From Malacoraja senta (lineage: Eukaryota), in assembly GCA_038087875.1 (NCBI GenBank), contig CM076002.1:310001-374000 (forward strand): a stretch of DNA of 64,000 bases. Direction: 5' to 3'. This document shows positions 1 through 11,789 of the stretch, piece by piece; the first letter of the stretch is position 1, and the number at the start of each line of letters is the position of its first letter. The notes beneath the pieces are model-generated. The model saw nothing but the letters and a program-made list of their open reading frames with translations, was not told the DNA's origin and ran no database searches. A program made the translations under genes and the position numbers.

Positions 1-3000
1 CATCAGCCTGAAATAGAACAAGCCAAGGACTTGACGTCCAAACCACAGAGAGAGTCCGACCCTGGTCATGGCAGGGAATCAGAGGATCCATCTCACCGGC
101 ATTCACCATGTATCCCAGAGGGAATGACTGGTGTTCCACCAGCTAGAAATAAACAGGATGAAAATCGGAGCCCCCTACAACTTGTGAGGGATTTGGGTTT
201 ACAGGATCATTATCCTCACAAACTGTCACTGACGTCCATGCGGGAGGTATCCTGGCGTAAACTGGCCGACAGCAAACCAACTCGACCACAAGATCTTCCG
301 TGGCGATTTCTCCAAAGGATCCTCTCAGCTAATTCACTGGCGAGGAATCCTGAATGGCCCCCTGCTCAGTTCTTGGAAGACAAGAAAAATGATGTTGAAG
401 ATTTCAGTGATTTCTTTGTAGTGAAAGAGCCAGGAGATTCTGGGATTAACCCTCTGGATATCATTGCTGCCATTTTCCTCTGTGCCGACCACTCTCTCCA
501 GCAGGAACTGATGCTGAAGATGTCTCTGTGCCAACTTGCATTACCCTTTCTGCTGCTGGAAGGGCACAGTTACCCCAGGGACAAGGTGAGGGGACCCATG
601 GAAGGGCCTGGTGCCACCCTTCTCCTCTGGGCCATGAGGCCCATTGTTAAAATGTGGTGCCCACAATCTCCCACAGGGAGCAGCCGCGTTGTGGAGATGC
701 CCATCGTGACAGCAACCGTGCCAACTGTCTCCTTCCTCAGACTCGGAAGGTGCACGGTGTCCAAATCCAGAGTCCTCAATCTCACCTTGAGCCAGACCCA
801 GCTGCAGCAGAACATCTTCCTGCACTCCGAGATGGAATGTGGGAATGTGCCCCGTGGGATATCAGATGGGATGGCTGAGATCAGCTGGTATCTACCTTCT
901 CGGAAGAGCAACACGGACATTTTCCCGGAGGCTGCGGCATTCATCAACCTCCGAGGTGATGCTGAAACTTACCAGGGACACACTCGGTTTCTGGCAAAAG
1001 TCTCTGCTGCTCTCTTTATTTTCATTGACGTTATCGGTGAGAAGGAAAGAGAATTCCTCACCTCTCTGGCACAGTCACCGGCAAAACTCTTTCTGATAGT
1101 GAACACTCACATCAGTGAGCAACACATCACCCCTGAGCAGGTAAAGAAACTGTTCAAAGATCTGAAGTTACAACCTCAACAATGCATTGTTCGGACAAGT
1201 GTAAACAAGGCCAAACTTGTGGAAAAACTTCGTTTCCAGATAAAACAAGTGATTCTAATGAGGGACAAGGAGCAAAGCTTCCTGAGTCTGGAACAAGTGG
1301 GTGACATTGCGAGGGAAAGTGGGATTCAGGTCGATGAACATCAGCCTGAAATACAACAGGCCAAGGACCTGACCAAAATACTGGGCAGTCTTGACCCTGC
1401 AGACATCACTGGGTATAAAAAGAGAGTGCTGCCCTTTCATGGAGAGCCCTGGCAAGGACTGTCTAAATTTGAGAAAGAGAAGTCTCGGATGAAACTCCGC
1501 GGGGACAGAACCACAGAGAAGTATAACCATGAGCTGGACCAAGACAAGAAAAGAATCCGGGAAGCTCAGCTCAGACAGATCCTGTCGAAGGAGATGCAGA
1601 TGTTCATTGACCACCTCACCTGTCTGGGTGGGGATGGCAGGGCCATTTCCTTGCAGTGGCTGAAGCTGATGCTGGACAGTAAATCAAGGCAAATCATGGC
1701 AGGATTGCGCAGGGATTATAAAGAACTGAGCAAAGACTCAATGCAGAAGGTCAAGGAGCTGAAGGACATGGATCAGAAGATGACTGATAGTTCCCTGGGA
1801 CTTGAGCACTTCATGAGGGAACTGGGCCAGGTTTATGAACTCTCAGTGACACAACACAACATCAAGCAACAAACACAGATCCACTCACATGTGCTTCAGT
1901 TACCGGGTGTTGCTGCTGAACTGTTACTGGATGGGTTCCCACTGGAGCTCATTGATGGAGACGTCTCCAACGTTCCTGTTTCATGGATCACTGCTGTACT
2001 GGAAGCAGTGGCCGAGAAGGTGGGACGTGCTTCCCGAGTGTTTGTGCTGACAGTGATTGGAGTTCAGAGCACAGGCAAGTCCACGCTCCTCAATACAATG
2101 TTCTGTTTGCGGTTTGCTGTGAGCAGCGGCCGATGTACTCGAGGGGCCTACATGCAGCTGATGAAGGTCACAGGGAGCCTGGCGGAGGAGTTGGGCTGTG
2201 ACTTCATCCTGGTCATTGACACGGAGGGGCTGAGAGCTCCAGAACTTGCAACACTAACAGACAGCTACGAACACGACAATGAGCTGGCAACATTCGTGGT
2301 GGGATTAAGCAACATAACGTTGGTAAACATAGGCATGGAAAACATCGCAGAGATGAAAGATATTTTACAGATTGTTGTTCATTCCTTACTCCGCATGAAA
2401 CTGACGGGGAGAAGACCAAAGTGTATATTTGTCCACCAGAATGTTGGAGATGTGAGTGCACATGATCACAATCTGAGAGGCCGTCAGAAACTACTGGAAC
2501 AGCTGGATAAGATGACAGAGGCTGCAGCAAAACTGGAGAAGGTGGAGGGAGTTACATTCCGTGATGTGATGGACTATGATGCTGACAAGGACAACTGGTA
2601 CATCCCTGGTCTGTGGCAAGGTACACCCCCAATGGCTGCCGTCAACACTGGCTACAGTGAACACGTCTTCCAACTGAAGATGAGTCTCATTCAATGTTTA
2701 CTCAAAGGGAAATCAGACCAAGGAGCTTTAACAATCCCAGACTTTACCAAATGGATGACTGGCCTTTGGGAGCAGGTGAAACATGAGAATTTCATTTTCA
2801 GCTTCCAGAACAGTCTGTTCGCAGAGGCTTACAACCACCTCTCTGTGAAGTACAACGACTGGGAGTGGGAGCCCCACAAATTCACACACTCCTGGGGAAA
2901 CAAGGCTGAAAACACAGTAAACAATGCCAATGGTGACCTCAACCTACTGCTCCAAACACTGGAACGTGAGATCAGGACGGAGATTAACAAAAGGGAGGGT

Positions 3001-4947
3001 GAGACTCTGGATAAACTAAAAGCTGTGTTTGAAAGTGGGGCTGATAACGTGCAGCTGATGGAGAAATACAGGGAGGAATTCAAGCTCAGCATCTCCAGTT
3101 TATGTAGACGGCTTCAGGATGATTCAATGCAGAGATGTAAGGATGCCGTGAACAGATGTGTGGGACTGCAGGAAGTGGATGATAGTTGGAATAAATTTCA
3201 CAAGAAGATCGAACAAATGGTCAAGGAGCTTTTATTAAAGTGTAAAGGGGCAAATCAGGTGCTGGGTGACGAGGAACTGCAAACTGCCTTTGGAAAGATG
3301 TGGCAAGACACACTGTCATGGCTGGACTATGAGCCCTGTAGAGAAAGAAACATTGAACTGGAGATTGAAAATCTTCTCAGAGACAACACAGCAACTCAAG
3401 GGAAGGTGATTAATGAAATGCTAGAAAGAAAACCTCTCTGTAAACAGGGAACCCAGTGCTTTCAAATTGAAGGGAAACACATCAACATGGCATGGAAGAG
3501 ACGTGCTAAAACCACAATTGGGCTATCCTCGCACCAATCAGATGTTAATCGGGCAGCAATGATAACACAGTCCCTCGAGGATGAATGCCATCAATGGATC
3601 AGTGACATCACAAAAATCGACATGGATTATGACATTAGATATTGTATTGAACTTTTGCATATTATACAGGAGAAAATTAACAATATTTCACACCCAAACT
3701 TCACAATGAGTGAGGAATTCAGGGCTGAGTTTAAACTTCACCTGTGTGGTTACGCTGTACCAAGATTCCAAGACATGCAGACGAGGTTCATCCAGAAACA
3801 CGACCCGCGGCAAAGACTGGCAAACATGAAGGGTCAATACTATGATCTCTTCATGGATATTTACACAGAGCAGGATGAGAACCAGAGACAAGCAGAATAG
3901 TTTGCACAATCTTGTTTCTTGCCAGCGCTCAGAGACGCCACCCTCAAGGCTCTCAGTGTGAACATCGTGGATGATATGAAACAAAATGACCCTGAGAGAA
4001 AGTTCAGTCTCCGCAACAACTTCACTGTGGCCCTCCTGGTGCACTTGAAACAAAGGGATACATTTGATGACTATCACCGGTATATCACTGACCTTGAGAA
4101 TTTGGCCAAAGACTGGCTCCATCACCAGGTTATTGAACACTGCAAGACACAACGTGATGGAGAGAGCACGTTTACCCGTCTGGCTAAAGGAATCTTCACA
4201 CAGATCGCTGGGCAAGCTAAAGAGATTGTTAAGGATGCAGTGATGCTGAACTTTACTGGAAATGTTCAGAGCTTCCTGGACATGTTTGTTGAAAAGTTAA
4301 ACACTACAATCTCAATGCCCAAAGATGAAATGAAACTCGTTCTGTTTCACAGTAACGGTGATGGCAAGAAATTGGCAGAAGCAGTTCTGCCAATTATTGA
4401 AGAGGTGGAGCAGAGACTCCTCAGTGAGGTAACAGGCTGGGATGTCCAAGCAAAGATTGAAGGATTATCCATTAGACCCAGGGATGAGCTGTTCAAAGGG
4501 TTATTCAATTGTACTAATAAATGTCCTTTCTGTGGGGTTTTCTGTGATTCAGAGACCCCGGTACATTCACAACACTCTTGTAAGCAGCACAGACCTGGAG
4601 GACTCAATGGCTTTCGATGGATAGACAGTGAACGTCTTATGACTGACGTCTGCACAGCTTTAGTCGCTGGTAATGCACGTTTTAAAAATAAGGACACTAA
4701 TGGAGAATGGAAACCCTACAAGGATTACCAAACTGTCAATGATTACTACAAATCCTGGATCATCCAGCGGGAAATTTCCGCACAGGCAGCATCCTATTGG
4801 AAGAAGGTTTTCTACACTTTCAATGAGCAGTTTGCTGAAAAATATGGAGTAAAACCTGCAGAGATCGATGAATCCTGGAACATTGACTGGGATGTAGTGA
4901 GGGGAGATCTGAATAAGACGTATAACACAGACATTCAGTCTTGGTGA
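1..4947 (+). CDS. GVIN1: Interferon-inducible very large GTPase (GVIN1/VLIG/URGCP family), large exon, 5' partial, with one in-frame TAG at 3898-3900
   Basis: Frame is open from base 1. ORFs 31..3900 and 3919..4947 share a frame. VLIG-type G domain: GVQSTGKS (2059-2082), GRCTRG, DTEG, HDNELAT. C-terminal CPFCGVFC..H..C..HRP motif. Family assignment is strong; the symbol denotes family, not proven orthology. Confidence 0.88.
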
Positions 4948-5129
4948 GGTGCCTTAACGTGACATCACTCAGAGGTAGAAATGGACAAACTACTTCCCTA
5001 TAAAGGAAATGGCAGAGAAAATCACACAACATTAAAATTCAAATCTGATTATAAATCATAAAACGATTAGCAGAGCAGATAGTTTCAACCAATTGCTTAT
5101 TAAAATTGCTTTTGCAGAAGTAACCAAAA

Positions 5130-5496
5130 AGGATGCGGGCAAAGCTGTAGACTTGGTCTGTATGGACTTCAGCAAACCTTTGATAAGATTCCGCATGGTG
5201 GCTGCTCCAGAAGGTTAGATCACATGGATCCAGGGAGAGCCAGCTGACTGGACAGAGAATTAGCTTCATGGAAGGAAGCAGAGGTGGTGGTGGAACGTTG
5301 TTTTATGGACCAGAGGCCTGTGAATAGTGGTGTGCTGCAGAGATCCGTGCTGTTTGTGGTTTATAAGAACATAGAACAGGACAACACAGGAACGGGCCCT
5401 TCAGCCCACAATGATTATGCCAAACATGGAACCTAGCTACACTGATTTCATCTGCCTCCATAACCCTCCATTCCCTGCAAATCCATGCACCTCCAC
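5130..5496. mobile_element. Degraded CR1 LINE fragments (RT piece +, 3' end -)
   Basis: Decayed match to the DFSKAFDKVPH..VTSGV coding region, then a CR1 3'UTR in reverse. Confidence 0.65.
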
Positions 5497-6344
5497 CATG
5501 GCGGCGCTGCCTTAGCAGCTGCGGCTCGCCTGCAGTCCATCTTTTTTTCTTATATTGATGTTTTCTTGTCCTGTTTTGGTTAGTTGATTTTAGTTATTGG
5601 GTTGTGTATGTGTTGGGGGGGGGGAGGGGGGGAGAAACTTGTTTTAGTCTCTTCCTTCGGGGGATGCGACTTTTTTTTGACGTTTCCCCCGTCTCCGTCT
5701 GCGCTGAGGCCTAATGGCGGAGCTGGCGGCCTCCAACTGGGACCGACCTCGAGGCTCCGGAGGCAGAGCCAGCCAGGACTTACCAGCGCGAGGCTGGCTG
5801 ACTTCGGGGCTGAGGCTTCGTTCCGGCAGCGGCGGCCCGACTCGGAGCTGTGGCGGCGTTCCGGCGGCGGCGACCCGACTTCGGAGGTTCAGCCGCGGGC
5901 CAGTGGACGACATCGTCGGGAGCTCGCAGGTCACAGGTTGGTGACCTGTTTTTTTCCGGAGCTCCCGCGGCAACAGCTTCGTCCGCTGGACTGGAGGGCG
6001 GCAGCTTCGGCAGCTTTGACCACCCCGGGCCACGGAGTTTGAACCGGCCCGTTCGCGGAGCACGGTTGAGCCGCGGGACTTACTTACCATCACCCGGTGG
6101 GGTCACAACATCGGAGGCCTGGATCGCCTCAGCGCAGAGGGAGAACAAGGAGGGAAGAGACAAAGACTTTAAGACTTTTGCCTTCCATCACAGTGAGGAG
6201 ATGCCTGGTGAACTCCCTGTGGTGGATGTTAAATTTGTGTTTATTGTGTGTTTTGTTATTTTATTATGACTGCAAGGCAACGAAATTTCGTTCAGACCGA
6301 AAAGGTCTGAATGACAATAAAGGATACTTTACTTTACTTACTTA
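5497..6344 (+). mobile_element. GC-rich non-coding retroposon (SINE-like or non-autonomous LINE) inserted in a CR1 3' remnant
   Basis: Starts CATGGCGGCG. Ends with stem-loop TTCAGACC-GAAAA-GGTCTGAA, then GACAATAAA and a (TACTT)n tail. Mirror copy at 39487-40305. Confidence 0.6.
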
Positions 6345-6892
6345 AAAGCTTCATGAACATCACTATCGTATCTGCGTCCACCAGCACACCTGGCAATACG
6401 TTCCATCTACCCACCACCCTCTGTGTAAAAATAACTTGCCCCACATCTCTATTATATTTCCCCCTCTTGCCTTGTAGGGTTGGACATTTCCACCATGGGA
6501 ATATAATTCTGACTGTTTACCCTATCTATGCCTCTCATAATTTTATATAATTCCCCTCAACCTCCAAAATTGCAGAGAAAACAATTGTTCAGTAATGATT
6601 TGGATTAGGGGATTGAAGGCTTTGTGGCCAAGTTTGCAGATGATGCTAAGATAGGTGGAGCCCAGCAGAGGAAGCAAGGTCTCTGCAGAAGGACTTGGAC
6701 AGGTTGAGAGAGTGGGCAGAGAAGTGGCAGGTGGAATATAGTGTAGCAAAGTGCGGAGTCATGCATTTTGGTAATAAGGATAAAAGCGTAGATTATTTTC
6801 TAAATGGAGAGAGAATCCAGAAATCGGAGGTGTAAAGGGACTTGGGTGTGCTGGTGCAGAATTCACAAAAAGTTAATTTGTAGTAAGGAAGG

Positions 6893-8506
6893 CAATTGAA
6901 TGGATTAAAGGCCGATAAATCACCAGGGCCAGATAGGCTGCATCCCAGAGTACTTAAGGAAGTAGCTCCAGAAATAGTGAATGCATTAGTGATAATCTTT
7001 CAAAACTCTTTAGATTCTGGAGTAGTTCCTGAGGATTGGAGGGTAGCAAACGTAACCCCACTTTTTAAGAAGGTAGGGAGAGAGAAAACGGGGAATTACA
7101 GACCAGTTAGTCTAACATCGGTAGTGGGGAAACTGCTAGAGTCAGTTATTAAAGATGGGATAGCAGCACATTTGGAAAGTGGTGAAATCATTGGACAAAG
7201 TCAGCATGGATTTACGAAAGGTAAATCGTGTCTGACGAATCTTAATGAATTTTTCGAGGATGTAACCAGTAGAGTGGATAGGGGTGAACTAGTGGATGTG
7301 TTGTATCTGGACTTTCAGAAGGCTTTCGACAAGGTACCACATAAGAGATTAGGATACAAACTTAAATCACACGGTATTGGGGGTTCAGTATTGATGTGGA
7401 TAGAGAACTGGCTGGCAAACAGGAAGCAAAGAGTAGGAATAAATGGGTCCTTTTCGCAATGGCAGGCAGTGACTAGTGGGGTACCGCAAGGCTCAGTGCT
7501 GGGACCCCAGCTATTTACAATTTATATTAATGATCTGGACGAGGGAATTGAAAGCAACATCTCCAAGTTTGCGGATGACACTAAGCTGGGGGGCAGTGTT
7601 AGCTGTGAGGAGGATGCTAGGAGACTGCAAGGTGACTTGGATAGGCTGGGTGAGTGGGCAAATGTTTGGCAGATGCAGTATAATGTGGATAAATGTGAGG
7701 TTATCCACTTTGGTGGCAAAAACGGGAAGGCAGACTATTATCTAAATGGTGGCCGATTAGGAAATGGGGAGATGCAGCGAGACCTGGGTGTCATGGTACA
7801 CCAGTCATTGAAAGTAGGCATGCAGGTGCAGCAGGCAGTGAAGAAAGCGAATGGTATGTTGGCCTTCATAGCAAGAGGATTTGAGTATAGGAGCAGGGAG
7901 GTTCTACTGCAGTTGTACAGGGTCTTGGTGAGACCACACCTGGAGAATTGCGTACAGTTTTGGTCTCCAAATCTGAGGAAGGACATTATAGCCATAGAGG
8001 GAGTGCAGAGAAGGTTCACCAGACTGATTCCTGGGATGTCAGGACTTTCATATGAAGAAAGACTGGATAGACTTGGCTTATACTCGCTAGAATTTAGGAG
8101 ATTAAGAGGGGATCTTATAGAAACGTACAAAATTCTTATGGGGTTGGACAGGCTAGATGCAGGAAGATTGTTCCCGATGTTGGGGAAGTCCAGGACAAGG
8201 GGTCACAGCTTAAGGATAAGGGGGAAATCCTTTAAGACCGAGATGAGGAAAAACCTTTTCACACAGAGAGTGGTGAATCTCTGGAACTCTCTGCCACAGA
8301 GGGTAGTTGCGGCCAGTTCATTGGCTATATTTAAGAGGGAGTTAGATGTGGCCCTTGTGGCTAAAGGGATCAGGGGGTATGGAGAGAAGGCAGGTACGGG
8401 ATACTGAGTTGGATGATCAGCCATGATCATATTGAATGACGGTGCAGGCTCGAAGGGCCGAATGGCCTACTCCTGCACCTATTTTCTATGTATATGTATC
8501 TATGTA
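6893..8506 (+). mobile_element. Young 5'-truncated CR1 LINE, uninterrupted RT ORF 6896..8407
   Basis: KSPGPD, NYRPVSLTS, YLDFQKAFDKVPH, GVPQGSVLGP, FADD; CR1 3'UTR and CTATGTAT-type tail. Confidence 0.95.
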
Positions 8507-8904
8507 ATACTGTTCGCAATCTCTTGTAGTTCACGTATGTATCCTGTCATTCGACATTGCCACTTAGAAAACTGATTTACAAAGTGTTGTATGGTCTCGG
8601 TTCTCTTCTGTAGTTCATGTAGATCCCTGTTTTAAATTTTTAAAAACATTATCTCATTTTTGCAATCACACAAGTTCTTAAAATTGCAATGACAGAAACT
8701 GAACTACATCCAGACATCGATATATGAATACATATTCAGAGAAGATTAATCCTACATCTACAGAGAACATTTGAAAAAAACATTAAAATGTCATGGTGAA
8801 ATAATGAGCGTTCAGGGCCAATGTGTTCGTATAAGGGTGGAAGTTCTTTCCCAATGCCTCAGGTGACAGTTCTGCTCTATTTGTAACTTAATGAAGTTAG
8901 TGAG

Positions 8905-9765
8905 CAAAATACAAAATGTGGAGGAGCTCAGCGGGTCAGACACCATCTGGAGAGAATGGACACGTGACATTTCATGTCAGGAAAGCATGTCATCTCCAGA
9001 GCCTGAAAAGTCTGAAACCTCACCGCAAACCGTCTGAAGAAGGGTCCTGACCCAAAATGTCACCTATCATCCATCTGAAGATGAGCCCCAACCTGAAACG
9101 TCATCAGTCTAAAGAACTATCCCGACTTGAAACGTCACCTGTCATTGGTCTGATGAAGCGACCTGACCTGAAACGTCGCCAACCGTCAGTTTTAAGAAGG
9201 GCCCCGATCTATTGCCACCGCTGTTCCCGATGCAAACGTGGACTCGGGGACTGTTATGCTGAACACTTATTCTTGGTCCGCCGAGGCCTACTGGATCTTG
9301 TGGGTTTTTACTCCCATTCCCATACTGACCTTTCTGTCCTGGGCCACCTCCATTGCCAGAGTGAGGCTGCACGGAAATTGGAAGAACTGCACCTCATATT
9401 TTTCTTGGGTAGCTTAGAACCCAGCAGTATGAATATTGAATTCTCTAATTTTAAATAACTTCTACTAACACTCCCCACCCCGTTGTCCCCTTCCTCCACC
9501 CTGGTTGTTTAACCAGATCTACAATTCGCATCAATGAGTCTGTTTTGAGATCACACCATCCCTATGCAACAATTGGCCTACCAGGGAACCACCCTGCCTG
9601 AGGTCATCTGTACTGGCCCAGATTTGTCCTGGTTTTTCACACCTCAGTTCTCTCCCCCCCCCCCCCCCACTACTTTCATTCCGACGAAGGGTCCCGACCC
9701 GAAACGTCACCTATCCTTTTTCTCCAGAGCTGCGGCCTGACGCTGAGTTACTCCAGCACTTTTTG
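8905..9765 (+). mobile_element. Degraded Penelope-like element remnant with hammerhead-like motifs
   Basis: Decayed GIY-YIG region (IYCHRCSRC..LGDCYAEHL..LIFFLGSLEPSSMNIEFSNF). CTGAnGA-13nt-GAAACGTC motifs at 9034-9177 and 9681-9708. Confidence 0.7.
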
Positions 9766-9963
9766 TGTAATGTTCATTACATACCTGGTATACAAACAAT
9801 ATTCTGAAATGTGGTTTGTGTGTCATGATACAAATATTCTATGCAGAATATTCAAAAGCATACTTTTACCTTTGAAATCATTTTCATGTATATTAAAGGG
9901 GGATTAAACATAAAAGCCTTAGTCAATTTGGGGGATATTTGAACAAAATTTTGAAAATGATGA

Positions 9964-11082
9964 TTTTACTTCCGGGGGATATGTATGAAATGGGAGATTT
10001 ATTATCATTTCAACAATTACAATTAAAATTTAAACTGAAAAACACTCATTATTTTAAATATTTTCAGATTTGTAATTTTTTGAAGACATACATACAGGGA
10101 TATCAAAAAATAACTCCTGATTTACTAGAAGAAGTAATGAATATAAAAGCTGATACACAAAAATTAATATCATATTTATATAATAGTATCTTAAATATAG
10201 ATTTACCTGTGACCGAGGTAATTAGAGAAGAGTGGGAACGGGAATTATTGATAAAAATTACGAAGGCTACATGGGAAAAGTATTTGACATACATTCACAA
10301 GTGTTCGATTAACGCAAGACATAACCTAATCCAATTTAAAATTTTACATAGATTATATTACTCAAAAACAAGATTAAATAAATTTTATCCAAATATATCG
10401 CCCATTTGCGATAAATGTTTAACCCAAGACGCAACTATAACACACTCTTGTTTCTTGTATAAAACTTCATGGATTTTGGAGTGATATTTTCGAAATATTT
10501 ACAAAATTATTTAAGACAAAAATGGAACCCAATAATGAATTGATTATATTTGGGGTAATGGAAGACGGGAACAAATTGAGCTCATCTGAAAAGTCAATTT
10601 TTAATTATGGTTTAATAATAGCAAAAAAATTAATATTGAAATTTTGGAAAAATACACCAATACCAACGCTCAAAATGTGGATTGCAAGTATGTTGGATAC
10701 CGCACATCTTGAGGAAATGCGATTCCTCCTAATAGATAAATTTGACCAATTCATAACGAGTTGGTCTCCATTTGTCGTCTTTTTGGAAACATATGGTCAA
10801 GATTATAAATGATCTCCTATTGTCTTTTCTTCTCTTCTCTTCTTTTATTCTCTTTCTTCTATTTTCTATCTCAACTTTCTTTTTTCATTCTTTCTTTTTC
10901 TTTTTCACACTATATATCTCACATTTTTCTATTTTTCATTACCTAACTTTTTTCTTTTTCTTCTTTATTTCAAAAAAAAAAAATTAAATAAGAAGCTGTA
11001 CATAAAAGGTATTATGAAAATATGATTTATACAATTGTACTTCTAATAAAATTAAAATATTTAAAAAAAAATTAAAAAAAAA
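9964..11082 (+). mobile_element. L1/Tx1-clade LINE 3' fragment with poly(A) tail
   Basis: ORF2 C-terminal LIQFKILHRLYYSKTRLNKFYPNISPICDKC..TH; AATAAA and A-rich tail. TTTACTTCC occurs at both ends (possible TSD). Confidence 0.8.
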
Positions 11083-11147
11083 CAATTTACTTCCTTTGCT
11101 CCTGGCATCAAAGCAATGGCATTCATAGAATAGAACTAATGGAAATA

Positions 11148-11530
11148 TTCCTTGGAGCGCATGAGGATGAGGGATGATCTTATAGAGGTGTATAAAATCA
11201 TGAGGGGAATAGATAGGGTGAATGCACAGAGTCTTTTACCCAGAATATGGGAATTAAGAAGCGGGGGACATATGTTTCAGGTGTGAGGGGAAAGATTTAA
11301 TAGGAACCTGAGGGATAACTTCCACACAAGTGGGTGGTGGGTACATGGAACGAGCTGCTATATGGAGTAGTTGAGGCAGGTACTGTAACAACATTTAAAA
11401 GACATTTGGACAGGTACGGGGATAGGAAAGGTTTAGAAGGATATGGGCCAAATGTTGGCAAGTGGGATTAATGTAGATGGGGCATCTTGGTGGGTGTGGG
11501 AGAGTTGGGCTGGAGGGAATGTGTTTTATG
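11148..11530 (+). mobile_element. CR1 LINE 3' fragment
   Basis: Decayed RGDLIEVYKIM..NFHTQ coding region and CR1 3'UTR. Confidence 0.75.
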
Positions 11531-11789
11531 GAAGGACAAAGATCCATTTGATCATAGTCCTCACCTGAGCTGTTTTATGAAATGACCTGTTATTTATTAT
11601 TTGTCTGTCTCTGGAACACCAGCCCAGATCAATCCAGTCAGTACTGCCTGGATCAGTGTAATGAAATATATGCAGGATTCAAGGATTCGGATCAATGAAT
11701 GGAGGAAGCACATGGTGAAGAGCACAAATAATTATTTATTAAAGCAAACACAATTAAAACAGAAACTTGAGTATCAACATCAATAAAGA

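Noticed and set aside
3898..3906. Programmed stop readthrough or selenocysteine
   Set aside because: The codon is TAG followed by TTT, not a recognised readthrough context, and the paralog has a sense codon.
5584..6345. Overlapping GC-rich ORFs
   Set aside because: No recognisable domain; frames not preserved in the mirror copy.
6896..8407. Autonomous active LINE or host RT gene
   Set aside because: 5'-truncated, lacking ORF1 and endonuclease; starts at TTG.
9034..9210. CRISPR-like repeat/spacer pattern
   Set aside because: Eukaryotic context, no cas genes, and the intervening sequences are homologous to each other; Penelope-derived motifs explain it.
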